64,000 nucleotides of DNA from an uncultured Solirubrobacteraceae bacterium (lineage in GTDB: Bacteria > Actinomycetota > Thermoleophilia > Solirubrobacterales > Solirubrobacteraceae), in assembly GCA_964588985.1 (NCBI GenBank), contig CAZPQW010000001.1, positions 64,001 through 128,000 of the forward strand. The letters are read 5' to 3'. Below are positions 38,974 through 48,326 of the stretch, in pieces; within the stretch, counting starts at the first letter, position 1; every line of letters begins with the position of its first letter. The notes below the pieces were generated by a model. The model was given only the letters and a program-made list of their open reading frames with translations, was not told the origin of the DNA and searched no databases. A program made the translations under genes and the position numbers.

Positions 38974-39840
38974 GTGTGTGTGAGACTGCCGCGCGTGCAC
39001 GCGAGCGGGACGAGGGTGGCGGTTGTGGGCCACGTCGAGTGGGTGCAATTCGCACACGTGGATCACGTGCCCGTGGCGGGCGAGGTGGTCCACGCGGGAG
39101 AGCCGTTCGAGGAGCCCGCGGGAGGGGGAGCGGTGGCGGCGGTGCAGCTCGCGCGCCTCGCGGGCGGGGCGACGCTGTTCACGGTGCTCGGCGACGACGA
39201 GCACGGCCACCGCTCGGTGGAGCGTCTGAGCGAGCTCGGGGTCGAGGTTCGCGCTTCGTTCGTGTCCACGCCGACACGCCGCGCGGTGACGCTGGTGGAC
39301 GACGCGGGCGAGCGCACGATCACGACGTTCGGCCCGCGCCTGGATCCGCCGGGCGACGCGGGCGACGAGCAGTGGGAGGGGCTGGCTGATCTGGACGCGG
39401 TGTACTTCACCGCGGGTGACGTGGGCGCGCTGCGCAGGGCGCGCGCGGCGACACGGGTGCTCGTCGCGAGCCCTCGTGCGCGCAGTGCGCTCGGTCACGG
39501 CGTGGAGCTGGATGCCCTGGTGATGAGCGGTCACGACGCGATCGAGGCGCGCGAGGCTGAGCGTGCTCAGGGCGAGGCGGCGGTCGTTGTATCAACCGAA
39601 GGCGCGCGGGGTGGGAGCTACCGGGAGCGTTTGGGCGCGAGCGGCAGGTGGGAGGCGGCGGAGCTACCGGGCGAGGCGGGAGACTCCTACGGCTGCGGCG
39701 ACTCGTTCGCGGCGGGGCTCGCCTACGGGCTTGGTGTGGGACTCGCGCTGGGCGAGGCGCTCCACCTGGCGGCGCGCTGCGGGGCGGCTTGTCTCACCGG
39801 GCGCGGGCCGTATGAGCGGCAGTTGGGTGGCATGAGCTAG
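38974..39840 (+). CDS. PfkB-family carbohydrate kinase (start uncertain)
   Basis: GGGAVAA, GERTI, DSYGCGDSF. Confidence 0.85.
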   Translation: MCVRLPRVHASGTRVAVVGHVEWVQFAHVDHVPVAGEVVHAGEPFEEPAGGGAVAAVQLARLAGGATLFTVLGDDEHGHRSVERLSELGVEVRASFVSTPTRRAVTLVDDAGERTITTFGPRLDPPGDAGDEQWEGLADLDAVYFTAGDVGALRRARAATRVLVASPRARSALGHGVELDALVMSGHDAIEAREAERAQGEAAVVVSTEGARGGSYRERLGASGRWEAAELPGEAGDSYGCGDSFAAGLAYGLGVGLALGEALHLAARCGAACLTGRGPYERQLGGMS

Positions 39841-40898
39841 CCAGCTCTGAGGCGCGCTTGACTGCCGGCCCGCGAGCCGCCGTTGGAGCGGCCACGCCGC
39901 GCTCGATGCTCGCTGTGCCTTTTGCTAGATCGACGGGAGCAAGGACGACGGGTCCCGGCGAGGGCTGTGTTGCGAGCTGCGGTTCTCAACACCTGGCCGC
40001 ATGTGGTGTACTCGAGCTCGTCTGCCGACAGGTGACCGATCGCGTACCTGAGGCCTGCCGGCGAGGTGCCCCGTACTGAACGGCCGTGGTTGCACCGCAT
40101 GATCGCCCGCTGCCCTTCATGCTCGATCTGTCGCTGTGTCGGGTGCCGGCGCGACGCGGCCGACGAGAGACGGTGCGGCATCGTGGAAGTATGTGCGCCT
40201 CTGGCGGGAAGGCCCGCGGCGCTAACCGAGCCGACGCCTCCAGCGTGCACGGCCAGGACGATCGCGGTAGTTGCCGACGCGGCAGCGAACGCCTGGCCGA
40301 GAACACCGAGTCCGGTCTTGAGGCCCGCTGCGCGACCCTTGACCAGCAGCGGCACCGACAGCATCGACTCCGCGCGCAGCGTGCGCAGTCTCCCTCGGGC
40401 ACGATGCAGGAGTGTCTTGACCGCCAGCACGGAGGTTCCAAGACTCACAGCCAGTTCGGCGTGACTGCGGCCCTCGAGCTCGCGCCCTACCAGCGCCTGG
40501 CGCTGGCGTGACGGCAGCTCGGCGATGGCGCCCATCAGCCAGTCGATCCACTCGCCCTGCTCGGCCGCCTCGTTCGGCGTCCGCTGAGTCACGTCCACGT
40601 GGCGGTCCTCGTCGGCTAGCGCGTAGGTCGGCTGGGACCGCCGCTGGGTATTGAGCGCACAGTTGCGCACAATCGCGAATAGCCAGGGACGCACGCTCTC
40701 CGGGCGGGCCCCCTGCTCCAGGGCGCGGTAGGCGTTCAGCATCGACTCCTGCACGACTTCCTCGCCAGCCTGTTCGTCGCTACCGAGCATCCTGACCGCG
40801 AAGCGCAGCAGCTCTGCCCGGTGCGGCTTCACCAGCTTGGCAAACGCCTCGCCGTCGCCAGCGGTGACCCTCTTCATCAAGTCATCGTCGGAGGTCAT
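39837..40898 (-). CDS. ECF sigma factor with C-terminal hydrophobic extension
   Basis: GDGEAFAKLV, EEVVQE, WLFAIVRN, LPSRQR, VKTLLHRAR. Confidence 0.85.
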   Translation of the reverse strand: MTSDDDLMKRVTAGDGEAFAKLVKPHRAELLRFAVRMLGSDEQAGEEVVQESMLNAYRALEQGARPESVRPWLFAIVRNCALNTQRRSQPTYALADEDRHVDVTQRTPNEAAEQGEWIDWLMGAIAELPSRQRQALVGRELEGRSHAELAVSLGTSVLAVKTLLHRARGRLRTLRAESMLSVPLLVKGRAAGLKTGLGVLGQAFAAASATTAIVLAVHAGGVGSVSAAGLPARGAHTSTMPHRLSSAASRRHPTQRQIEHEGQRAIMRCNHGRSVRGTSPAGLRYAIGHLSADELEYTTCGQVLRTAARNTALAGTRRPCSRRSSKRHSEHRARRGRSNGGSRAGSQARLRAG

Positions 40899-40962
40899 GC
40901 TAGGTATGACGCGCCCGCGCGGCAAAGGTTGCGCCGGTTCCCATCGCAATATGCTCCAGTGC

Positions 40963-41841
40963 ATGGCCTTCGAACAGATCGCATCCGACACCCCCCAGAT
41001 CTCGACCGATGTCGCGGACAGCGTGCTCACGATCACGCTCAACCGTCCTGAGCGCCTGAACGCATGGACGGGGCAGATGGGCGCGGAACTGATGGCGGCG
41101 TTCGACCGCGCCGACGTGGACGACCAGGTGCGGGTGGTGATCGTGACGGGCGCAGGCCGCGGCTTCTGCGCGGGCGCGGACCTGGCGGGCGGCGGCGAGA
41201 CGTTCGACTACAAGACGCGCGACAGCGGCGGCGCCGCGGCGCCGCGGGACAACGGTGGCCAGTTCACGCTGCGGGTCTTCCAGTCCACCAAGCCGGTGAT
41301 CGCCGCGATCAACGGACCGGCGGTGGGCGTGGGGGCGACGATGACGCTGCCGATGGACGTGCGCCTCGCGTCGGAGGACGCGCGCATGGGCTTCGTGTTC
41401 GCGCGCCGGGGGATCATCCCCGAGGCGTGCTCCAGCTGGTTCCTGCCGCGCGTGGTGGGCATCAGCCGCGCGATGGAGTGGGTCTCCACCGGACGTGTGT
41501 TCACCGCACAGGAGGGACTTGAGGCGGGACTGCTGCGCAGCGTTCACCCCGCTGGGGAGTTGCTCGACGCGGCGCACGCGCTCGCACGGGAGATCGTGGA
41601 GAACACAGCGCCGGTGTCGGTGGCGCTCGCGCGTCAGCTGATGTGGCGGATGCTCGGCGCGGAGCACCCAATGCTCGCGCACCGCGCCGACTCGCGCGGC
41701 ATGTTCTCCCGCGGTCAGTCAGCGGATGCCGTCGAGGGGATCACCGCGTTCCTCGAGAAGCGGCCCGCGAGCTTCCCCGACCGCGTCAGCGAGGGTCTCC
41801 CCGAGATCATGCCCTGGTGGAGCGAGCCGGAGTACGAGTAG
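40963..41841 (+). CDS. Enoyl-CoA hydratase/isomerase
   Basis: LNRPERLNA, FCAGADL, KPVIAAINGPAVGVG. Confidence 0.92.
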   Translation: MAFEQIASDTPQISTDVADSVLTITLNRPERLNAWTGQMGAELMAAFDRADVDDQVRVVIVTGAGRGFCAGADLAGGGETFDYKTRDSGGAAAPRDNGGQFTLRVFQSTKPVIAAINGPAVGVGATMTLPMDVRLASEDARMGFVFARRGIIPEACSSWFLPRVVGISRAMEWVSTGRVFTAQEGLEAGLLRSVHPAGELLDAAHALAREIVENTAPVSVALARQLMWRMLGAEHPMLAHRADSRGMFSRGQSADAVEGITAFLEKRPASFPDRVSEGLPEIMPWWSEPEYE

Positions 41842-42687
41842 GGACCGGCGGCTCTGCGCTAGGCCCCCGTCCATCGACGCGCTTCGGTCTGATACGTCGA
41901 GCAAGCGCGTCGGCGCTGGTGTCCAGCCGCCGGTCAATTGCGGCCCCGAGCTTTGCTGAAGCTCTGCAGAACAGCCACGCCATGCCCAACGCCGCAGTCA
42001 GCTTGAGTGTCAGCGGGCTCGTAGCGAGGCGGACCGTTGAGGTCAGCGAATATTCCGCGATGACGGTACCGAGCAACATAGCCCAGAGCATGAACGTCGC
42101 ATATAGAACGAATGCCCCCAAACCGGTACGCAGGCGCCACTCGTTGACGAAAGGCTCAAAATGCACCAGCCCGGCGTATGCGAGGAGGAAGTAGGCAGCG
42201 CCTCTCAGCAGGGCACTCGTTTGAGGGTCGAGCTGCCGATGGAGAACGACCCAAACTGCTGCCCCCGCGTAGCCGAGCATGACAAATGAGAAGCCGGTAA
42301 GGGCGCGTTCTGCCCAAAGCCGTGACGACTTGTTGCCCCGGGGAATGCTCGACATCCATCTCAGCTGCGGCCGTGTGAGCGCGAGTGTGAGCATCGTGCC
42401 ACCGACTATTGCGACGATCACCTCACGGCCGTCAATGGCTTTGGGTACAGCAGTCGCTAGAGCGGTCGGCACGCCAAGATATTCGACATGCTGGACTCCA
42501 GGCTTGAGCTTGGCGCTGACGCTACCGATCAGCGCCAGGCACCGGCCATTGTGTCGGGATCGTCGAGCGCGAGCGCGTCGGGCGTGAACAGCAGCTCGAC
42601 AAGCGCCCTGCGCCTTCTGCGATGGAGGGCGGAGGAGAGAGCCACTTGAAGGATGTTGACCAGCTTGTTGATGTCGAGAATGCTCAC
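41807..42687 (-). pseudogene. Lower-GC membrane protein gene with probable 1-bp frameshift near 42540
   Basis: GTG at 42687 gives ..DPDTMAGA then shifts; one added C joins to LALIGSVSAK..VPTALAT and the multi-TM ORF 41807..42472. Confidence 0.45.
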
Positions 42688-42726
42688 ATATCGCTTCCTG
42701 CTCCGCGTGCTCCAGCCACCGTGTAG

Positions 42727-45081
42727 TTAGCCCGGCACCCCCTGCACCAAAGAAAGCACCGGCGCGAACAGATCCCCCCGCTCGGCCACCCGCCTCAGCA
42801 CATCCCCCGCCTCGAACACTAGCCGCGCCGGGTCACCCTCCTCCAGCGCCTCCCGCACCTCGACCCACTCAAGCGGCGTCGAGACCGTGGGCCGTTCGCC
42901 CGCGCGCAGCGAATACACGCATACGGTGGTCTTCCTGCGGTCGTTCTGGCTCCAGTCGATCAGCACCTTGCCCTCGCGCTTGGCCTTGGTCATGCGCGAC
43001 ACCACGAGGTCGGGCTGCTCCTGCTCGAGTAGCTCCGCCACCGCCTTCGCGAACGGCTTGGTGTGCTCGAACGTGACGTCGGGGTGGTTGAGCGGCACGT
43101 ACACCTGCAGCCCCTTCGAGCCTGACGTCTTGACGAAGCTCTGCAGCCCTAGCCCCTCGAACATGCCGTGCAGCTGCAGCGCCACGCGGCAGCACTCGAT
43201 CGCGGTCGCCGGCGGGCCCGGGTCGAGGTCGAACACGAGCGCGGTCGGCCGCTCGATCGAGTCCGCCAGCGCGAGCGGCACGTGCAGCTCGAGCGCCGCG
43301 AGGTTCGCGAGCCACACGAGCGTCGGCAGGTCGTCCGCGAGCGTGTAGTCGATCGGCTTCTCGCGGCTCGCGATCGTCGCCGTGCGCACCCACTCCGGTC
43401 GATGCGCGGGCGCGTGCTTCTGGAAGAACGACTTGCCCTCCACGCCATCGGGCCATCTGGTCACGGTCAGCGCCCGGCCTTGCAGGTGCGCGAGTAGCAC
43501 CGGTGCGATCTCCCGATAAAAATCGATCAAATCGCCCTTGGTGAACCCCGTCTTCGGGTAGAGCACCTTGTCGAGGTTCGTCAGCTTCAGCTCGCGCCCC
43601 TCGACCGTCGGGCGCGCCGGATCCTCGCGCACCACGTCCCCCGCGTCCTTGTCGTCGCGAAGCCCCACGTACACAGGGTGACGCAGGCTCCCCGCCTTGG
43701 TCCAGTGCGCGAACTCCACCTCCACCACCAGGCGCGGCTCGCAGAACACCGCCTCGCGCGGCGGCGTCTCGCCCGTGGTGAACGGCGAGTCCTCGCGCGC
43801 GAGCGGCCCGAGCAGCGCGGACAGGCGCTCCAGCTCGCGCTCGTCGAAACCGCTGCCAACGCGCCCCGCGTAGCGCAGCACGCCGCCCGGCTCGTGCACG
43901 CCCAGCAGCAGCGCGCCGACCGTCTCCCTCCGCTTGCCCTTCCCCGGCATCCATCCGCCCACCACCAGCTCCTGGCGCTCGAAGCTCTTCACCTTCACCC
44001 ACTCGCCCGAGCGCGACCCCGGGCGGTAGGGGGAGTCCAGGCGCTTGGCCACAACCCCCTCCAAACCCTGCTCCGCGCTCGCCGCGAGCAGCGCAGCCCC
44101 TCCGCCGACGGTGTGCTCCGGCGTCTGCCAGTGCGGGCCGTTCAGCCCCATCGCCTCCAGCAGGTCGCGCCGCGCCTCATACGGCTGGCCCATCAGCGAG
44201 TGCCCGTCCATCCACAGCACGTCGAAGATCACGTACGTCACCGGCGTGTCCTTCGCCTGCCGGCGTGCCTGCGCCCGCGTGGGCGTGTGCATCCGCCCCT
44301 GCAGCGCCGCGAAGCTCGGACGCCCCTCCTCGTCGAACGCCACGATCTCGCCGTCGAGGACCACGCTGTGCGAACCGAGCGCGTCGCCCAGACGGAAGAG
44401 CTCCGGGTAGCTGTCGGTTATGTCTTTTAGGGAGCGGCTTTCCAGCCGCAACTCGCCCGGTTGGCTGTATGCGAGAGCGCGCACCCCGTCCCACTTGATC
44501 TCGTAACCCCAGCGGTCGTCGTCGTGGGGGATCTCACCGGAGCGCGCGAGCATCGGCGCGATCTTGCTCGGCATCGGCTCGCGGGTGGGGTCCGCGGGCG
44601 GGTCCATGCGGTGGATCATCCAGTTCTTCGGCTGCTCGTCCTTGTCGATCGGGAAGAGCGCGTAGCGGGCGCTCTCGTGCTGTCCGTGCAGCGCCACCTC
44701 CACCTTGCGCGGTTCCCACTTGAGCGTCTCGTACGTGCCGCTGTCCCAGATCGAGATCGTCCCCGCGCCGTACTGCCCCGCGGGGATCTCCGCTTCGAAG
44801 TCGAGGTACTCCAGCGGATGGTCCTCCACCGCCACCGCGAGGTGGTTTTCCTTCGGCGCGCGCGGCAGCCCCTTGGGGATCGCCCACGACGCGAGCGCGC
44901 CGTCGCGCTCCAGGCGCAGGTCCCAGTGCAGCCGCGTCGCGTGGTGCTCGTGGATCACGAACCGCGGCAGACCGTCGCCGCTCTGGCGCTCGCCGGGCTC
45001 GGGCTCGGGTGTGGCGCTGAAGTCGCGTTTGCCGCGGTAGTCCTTCAGGCTGGCCTTCCGCTGGGTGCGCTTCGGTGCCGT
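42727..45081 (-). CDS. ligD: DNA ligase D (phosphoesterase-ligase-polymerase)
   Basis: YRGKRDF, HHATRLHWDLRLE, YEIKWDG, EGVVAK, LTNLDKVLYP, FDLDPG, KTSGSKG; start codon unusual. Confidence 0.93.
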   Translation of the reverse strand, partial: TAPKRTQRKASLKDYRGKRDFSATPEPEPGERQSGDGLPRFVIHEHHATRLHWDLRLERDGALASWAIPKGLPRAPKENHLAVAVEDHPLEYLDFEAEIPAGQYGAGTISIWDSGTYETLKWEPRKVEVALHGQHESARYALFPIDKDEQPKNWMIHRMDPPADPTREPMPSKIAPMLARSGEIPHDDDRWGYEIKWDGVRALAYSQPGELRLESRSLKDITDSYPELFRLGDALGSHSVVLDGEIVAFDEEGRPSFAALQGRMHTPTRAQARRQAKDTPVTYVIFDVLWMDGHSLMGQPYEARRDLLEAMGLNGPHWQTPEHTVGGGAALLAASAEQGLEGVVAKRLDSPYRPGSRSGEWVKVKSFERQELVVGGWMPGKGKRRETVGALLLGVHEPGGVLRYAGRVGSGFDERELERLSALLGPLAREDSPFTTGETPPREAVFCEPRLVVEVEFAHWTKAGSLRHPVYVGLRDDKDAGDVVREDPARPTVEGRELKLTNLDKVLYPKTGFTKGDLIDFYREIAPVLLAHLQGRALTVTRWPDGVEGKSFFQKHAPAHRPEWVRTATIASREKPIDYTLADDLPTLVWLANLAALELHVPLALADSIERPTALVFDLDPGPPATAIECCRVALQLHGMFEGLGLQSFVKTSGSKGLQVYVPLNHPDVTFEHTKPFAKAVAELLEQEQPDLVVSRMTKAKREGKVLIDWSQNDRRKTTVCVYSLRAGERPTVSTPLEWVEVREALEEGDPARLVFEAGDVLRRVAERGDLFAPVLSLVQGVPG

Positions 45082-45089
45082 AGCGGCTC

Positions 45090-45884
45090 CTACCAGCAGG
45101 GTTCGTAGCGTTCGCCGTTCAGCGCGAGGTTGAAGCGCGCGCCCATGATCCCGGCCGCTTCGTCGGCCGCGCAGAACCTCTTCACCGACAGCTTGTACTC
45201 CGCGTTGAGCACCGGCTTGCCAGCCGCGAGGTAGGGCTTGTAGTCCTGGCATTCGCTGTACTGGTTGCACTGCTCGCTCAACGCTCCGTCGAAGCGGCGG
45301 TTCAGTTCATTGGTCTGTTCGCCGTCGTTCTTCTGCAGCACCGCCATGCCCAGCGCGTGAGCCTCGCTCGCGATCCACCTGTTGAAGGTGAGCTGCTGTT
45401 TCGCCGTCACCGGGAAGCCGCTCTTGTTGGCGTACGCTTCGATGTTGTCCGGCTCCAGCGCGTCGAAGCCCTTTTCCTCACACATCTCCAAGCGCTTCGT
45501 CATGATCGGCTCGAGCACCTTCAGCTTGCGGATGTCGAGCCATTTCTCGCCAGGCCAGCCGTTCGAGCGGCCGAGCACCGACGCCGGGAACTCGGAGTAG
45601 TCGGGCCGCCAGTTCTCCGCGGTGCCGACGTCGATGTAACAGATCACGTGCTTGCCCTGTTCGTGCAGGGCCGTCACCTCGGCCGCGGTGGTTTCGAACC
45701 CGTCGATGTCGTACGCCGCGACCGGCACGTCGGTGGGGGCGGCGCCCTGCAGCTGCCAGTACCACGTCAGGTGCTGCGGCGGTGTCCACCAGCCGCCGCC
45801 CGCGTGTGCGTCGGCCAGCGAGGTGGCGGCGAGCACGATTGCCGCGGACGCCAGGAGAACCCGTGTGGTGCGGCGGATGTCCAC
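45090..45884 (-). CDS. Secreted endo-alpha-1,4-polygalactosaminidase (GH114-like)
   Basis: WYWQL, YDIDGF, VICY, ENWRPD, GWPGEKWLDIR, GFDALEPDN. Confidence 0.85.
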   Translation of the reverse strand: MDIRRTTRVLLASAAIVLAATSLADAHAGGGWWTPPQHLTWYWQLQGAAPTDVPVAAYDIDGFETTAAEVTALHEQGKHVICYIDVGTAENWRPDYSEFPASVLGRSNGWPGEKWLDIRKLKVLEPIMTKRLEMCEEKGFDALEPDNIEAYANKSGFPVTAKQQLTFNRWIASEAHALGMAVLQKNDGEQTNELNRRFDGALSEQCNQYSECQDYKPYLAAGKPVLNAEYKLSVKRFCAADEAAGIMGARFNLALNGERYEPCW

Positions 45885-46784
45885 CTACCGCTTGGCGGCC
45901 GGTTTCTTCGCCGCGGGTTTCTTCGCGGCGGCGGCCGGCTTTTTCGCCGGTGCTTTCTTGCCCGCCGCTTTGCGTCCCTTGCCCGCGCCCGTGCCTTCGC
46001 GTGCGCGCACCGCGTCGAGGCTCGCCTTCAGCGCGCTCATCAGGTCGGGCGCCGGCGCGGCCACCTCTTCGGGCGTGGGCTGCACCGCGATCTGCTTGCC
46101 CTGCGCCTTGCGCTCGATCAGCGCGAGCACGTCCGCGCGGTAGGTGTCGCTGTACTTGTCCGGTTCGAAGTCGCCCGCGAGCGAGTCCACGAGCTGCTTC
46201 GCGATGTCCAGCTCGCGCTCGGTCGTCTTGACGTCCTTGGCATCCGCGATCTCGTCCACGCGGTCCGCGGGCAGGATTTCGTCGGCGAAGATCATCGTCG
46301 CCATCCCCAGCGCGTCGCCCATCGGGCGGATCGCCACGAGCTGCTCCTTCGAGCGGATCACCACGCGCGCGATCGCCACCTTGCCCGTCTCGCGCATCGC
46401 CTCGAGCAGCAGGCGGTAGGGCTTCAGGCCGCCGGGGCCGGGCGCGAGGTAGTAGGGGTGGTCGTAGAACACGGGGTCGATCTGCGACAGCTCGACGAAG
46501 TCCTCGATCTCGATCGTCTTCGTCTTCTTCGGCTGCAGCGTCTCCAGCTCGCCCGGCTCGATCACCACGTAGCGGTCGGGGGCGATCTCATAGCCCTTGA
46601 CGATCTCCGCGTACGGGACCTCCTCGCCGGTCGTCGGGTCGACGCGCTTCTGCGCCACGCGCACGCCCGTCTTGCCCCAAAGCTGGTGGAAGCGCACCGT
46701 CTTGCGGTCGATCGCGCTGTACAGCTTCACGGGTACGGTGACCATGCCGAAGCTGATCGCTCCGGTCCACATCGCGCGGGGCAT
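45885..46784 (-). CDS. ku: Ku protein
   Basis: MPRAMWTGAISFGMVTVPVKLY; DLMSALKASL; basic tail. Confidence 0.95.
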   Translation of the reverse strand: MPRAMWTGAISFGMVTVPVKLYSAIDRKTVRFHQLWGKTGVRVAQKRVDPTTGEEVPYAEIVKGYEIAPDRYVVIEPGELETLQPKKTKTIEIEDFVELSQIDPVFYDHPYYLAPGPGGLKPYRLLLEAMRETGKVAIARVVIRSKEQLVAIRPMGDALGMATMIFADEILPADRVDEIADAKDVKTTERELDIAKQLVDSLAGDFEPDKYSDTYRADVLALIERKAQGKQIAVQPTPEEVAAPAPDLMSALKASLDAVRAREGTGAGKGRKAAGKKAPAKKPAAAAKKPAAKKPAAKR

Positions 46785-46847
46785 CTGTCAAGTGTTACCA
46801 CGTAGGAACCCGCACAGGCAGCGCTGCAATGCGCCTGCCGAGCGGGC

Positions 46848-48200
46848 TCAGGCCTGCTGGGGCGCCTGCGGCATCGACGCGGGGAGCAGGTCGCTGGGGG
46901 CGTCCATGTCCTTCTCGCCCGCGGTGAGGCGCGCGGAGTAGATCGACGGCGCGCCGAGCACGCGCGCGAGCACAGTCGCCTCGACCACCGCGAGCAGCAC
47001 AGCGACCATCAGCGAGTCCCCGTGGTGGGTGAGCTCGAGCAGCAGCACCACCGCCGCGAGCGGGCCCTGCATCGCCGCGCCGAGCACCGCCGCGCCGCCG
47101 ATGATCGCGTAGCCGCCGAGCGGCGCGCCGGGCCAGATCTGCGACCACGCCTCGCCGAGCAGGCCCCCCAGCAGCACGCCGAACGCGAGCGTGGGGGTGA
47201 AGAGGCCGCCGGGCGCGCCGCTGCCGAGGCACGCCGCTGTGGCGAGCGGCTTGAGCACGAGCAGCACCGCCAGCAGCGCCACGCTCAGGCGCGCGACGAG
47301 CGCGAGCTGGACGATGTTCTTGCCGTTGCCGAGGATCTGCGGGTAGGCGACCGCGACCGCGCCGAGCGCGGTGAACACCACGATCGGCGCAGCGAGCCGC
47401 ATCCACCCCGACGGGCGCACCGCGTGGGCGAGCGCGATCAGGCGGATGTAGCCGACCGCCGCGAGGCCCGCGATCGGCCCCACGATCAGCGCCCACACCA
47501 CCTGCGAGGCATGGATCGTGTAGGTCGGGATCGCGTACGTGGGATGCGTCGGCAGCGCGATCCACGCGACCGCGGTCGCGATCAGCGAGGTCGCGAGCGC
47601 GGGCAGCACGAGCGGCAGCGTGAGCGTCCCCAGCAGCACCTCGAGGGCGAACAGCGCGCCGCCGAGCGGCACGTTGTAGACCGCCGCCATGCCCGCGCCC
47701 GCGCCGCACGCCACGAGCAGGCGGCGCTGCCAGTCGGGCAGCTTCGCCCAGTCGCTCAGCGCGCTCGCCACCGCCGCGCCGGCCTGCTGCGGCGCGGCCT
47801 CCCGACCGAGCGACGCGCCGAGACCGACGATCACGATCGAGTGGACCGCGCGCGCGAGGCTCGCGAGCAGCGGCAGGCGCGCGTCGCGCAGCCAGATCGC
47901 CTCCGAGATCTCAGCCGTGCCGCGGCCGGCGAGAAGAAGCCCGCCCCCGCCGGCGACCACGCCGCCGATCGCCAGCACCACCACGCGCCTGGTCGCGGAG
48001 GCGCCCTGCACGCCTTCGAGGAAGTCGCCTATGTGGTAGGACCACGCGAGGTGCTGGACGCCTTTGAGGAGCTCCATCAGCGCCGCGCCGCCGAGGCCCG
48101 AGCCGATGCCCACGAGCACCACCAGCATCCAGAACCTCACGCCGTAGGAGGCCACGATCCCGCGGCCCGGCACGTTCGGTTGAGGGTGCGGTCGCGTCAC
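46848..48200 (-). CDS. ClC-family chloride channel protein
   Basis: GASLGREAAP, AAVYNVPLGGALFALE, GGLFTP. Confidence 0.88.
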   Translation of the reverse strand: MTRPHPQPNVPGRGIVASYGVRFWMLVVLVGIGSGLGGAALMELLKGVQHLAWSYHIGDFLEGVQGASATRRVVVLAIGGVVAGGGGLLLAGRGTAEISEAIWLRDARLPLLASLARAVHSIVIVGLGASLGREAAPQQAGAAVASALSDWAKLPDWQRRLLVACGAGAGMAAVYNVPLGGALFALEVLLGTLTLPLVLPALATSLIATAVAWIALPTHPTYAIPTYTIHASQVVWALIVGPIAGLAAVGYIRLIALAHAVRPSGWMRLAAPIVVFTALGAVAVAYPQILGNGKNIVQLALVARLSVALLAVLLVLKPLATAACLGSGAPGGLFTPTLAFGVLLGGLLGEAWSQIWPGAPLGGYAIIGGAAVLGAAMQGPLAAVVLLLELTHHGDSLMVAVLLAVVEATVLARVLGAPSIYSARLTAGEKDMDAPSDLLPASMPQAPQQA

Positions 48201-48326
48201 GCAGACGACAGTCTTACGCGCGCTCCGGCCGCGGTTGTTGCCAGTATGCGCGTAGCGGGCCAAACTGGCCAGACAGCCAGTACTATCCGCTGGAGCATTC
48301 AAAGGCGGCGATCACGGAGGTTGGGC

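Noticed and set aside
48200-48326. Fluoride riboswitch upstream of the ClC gene
   Set aside because: No recognisable riboswitch consensus, and the protein lacks fluoride-type ClC motifs.
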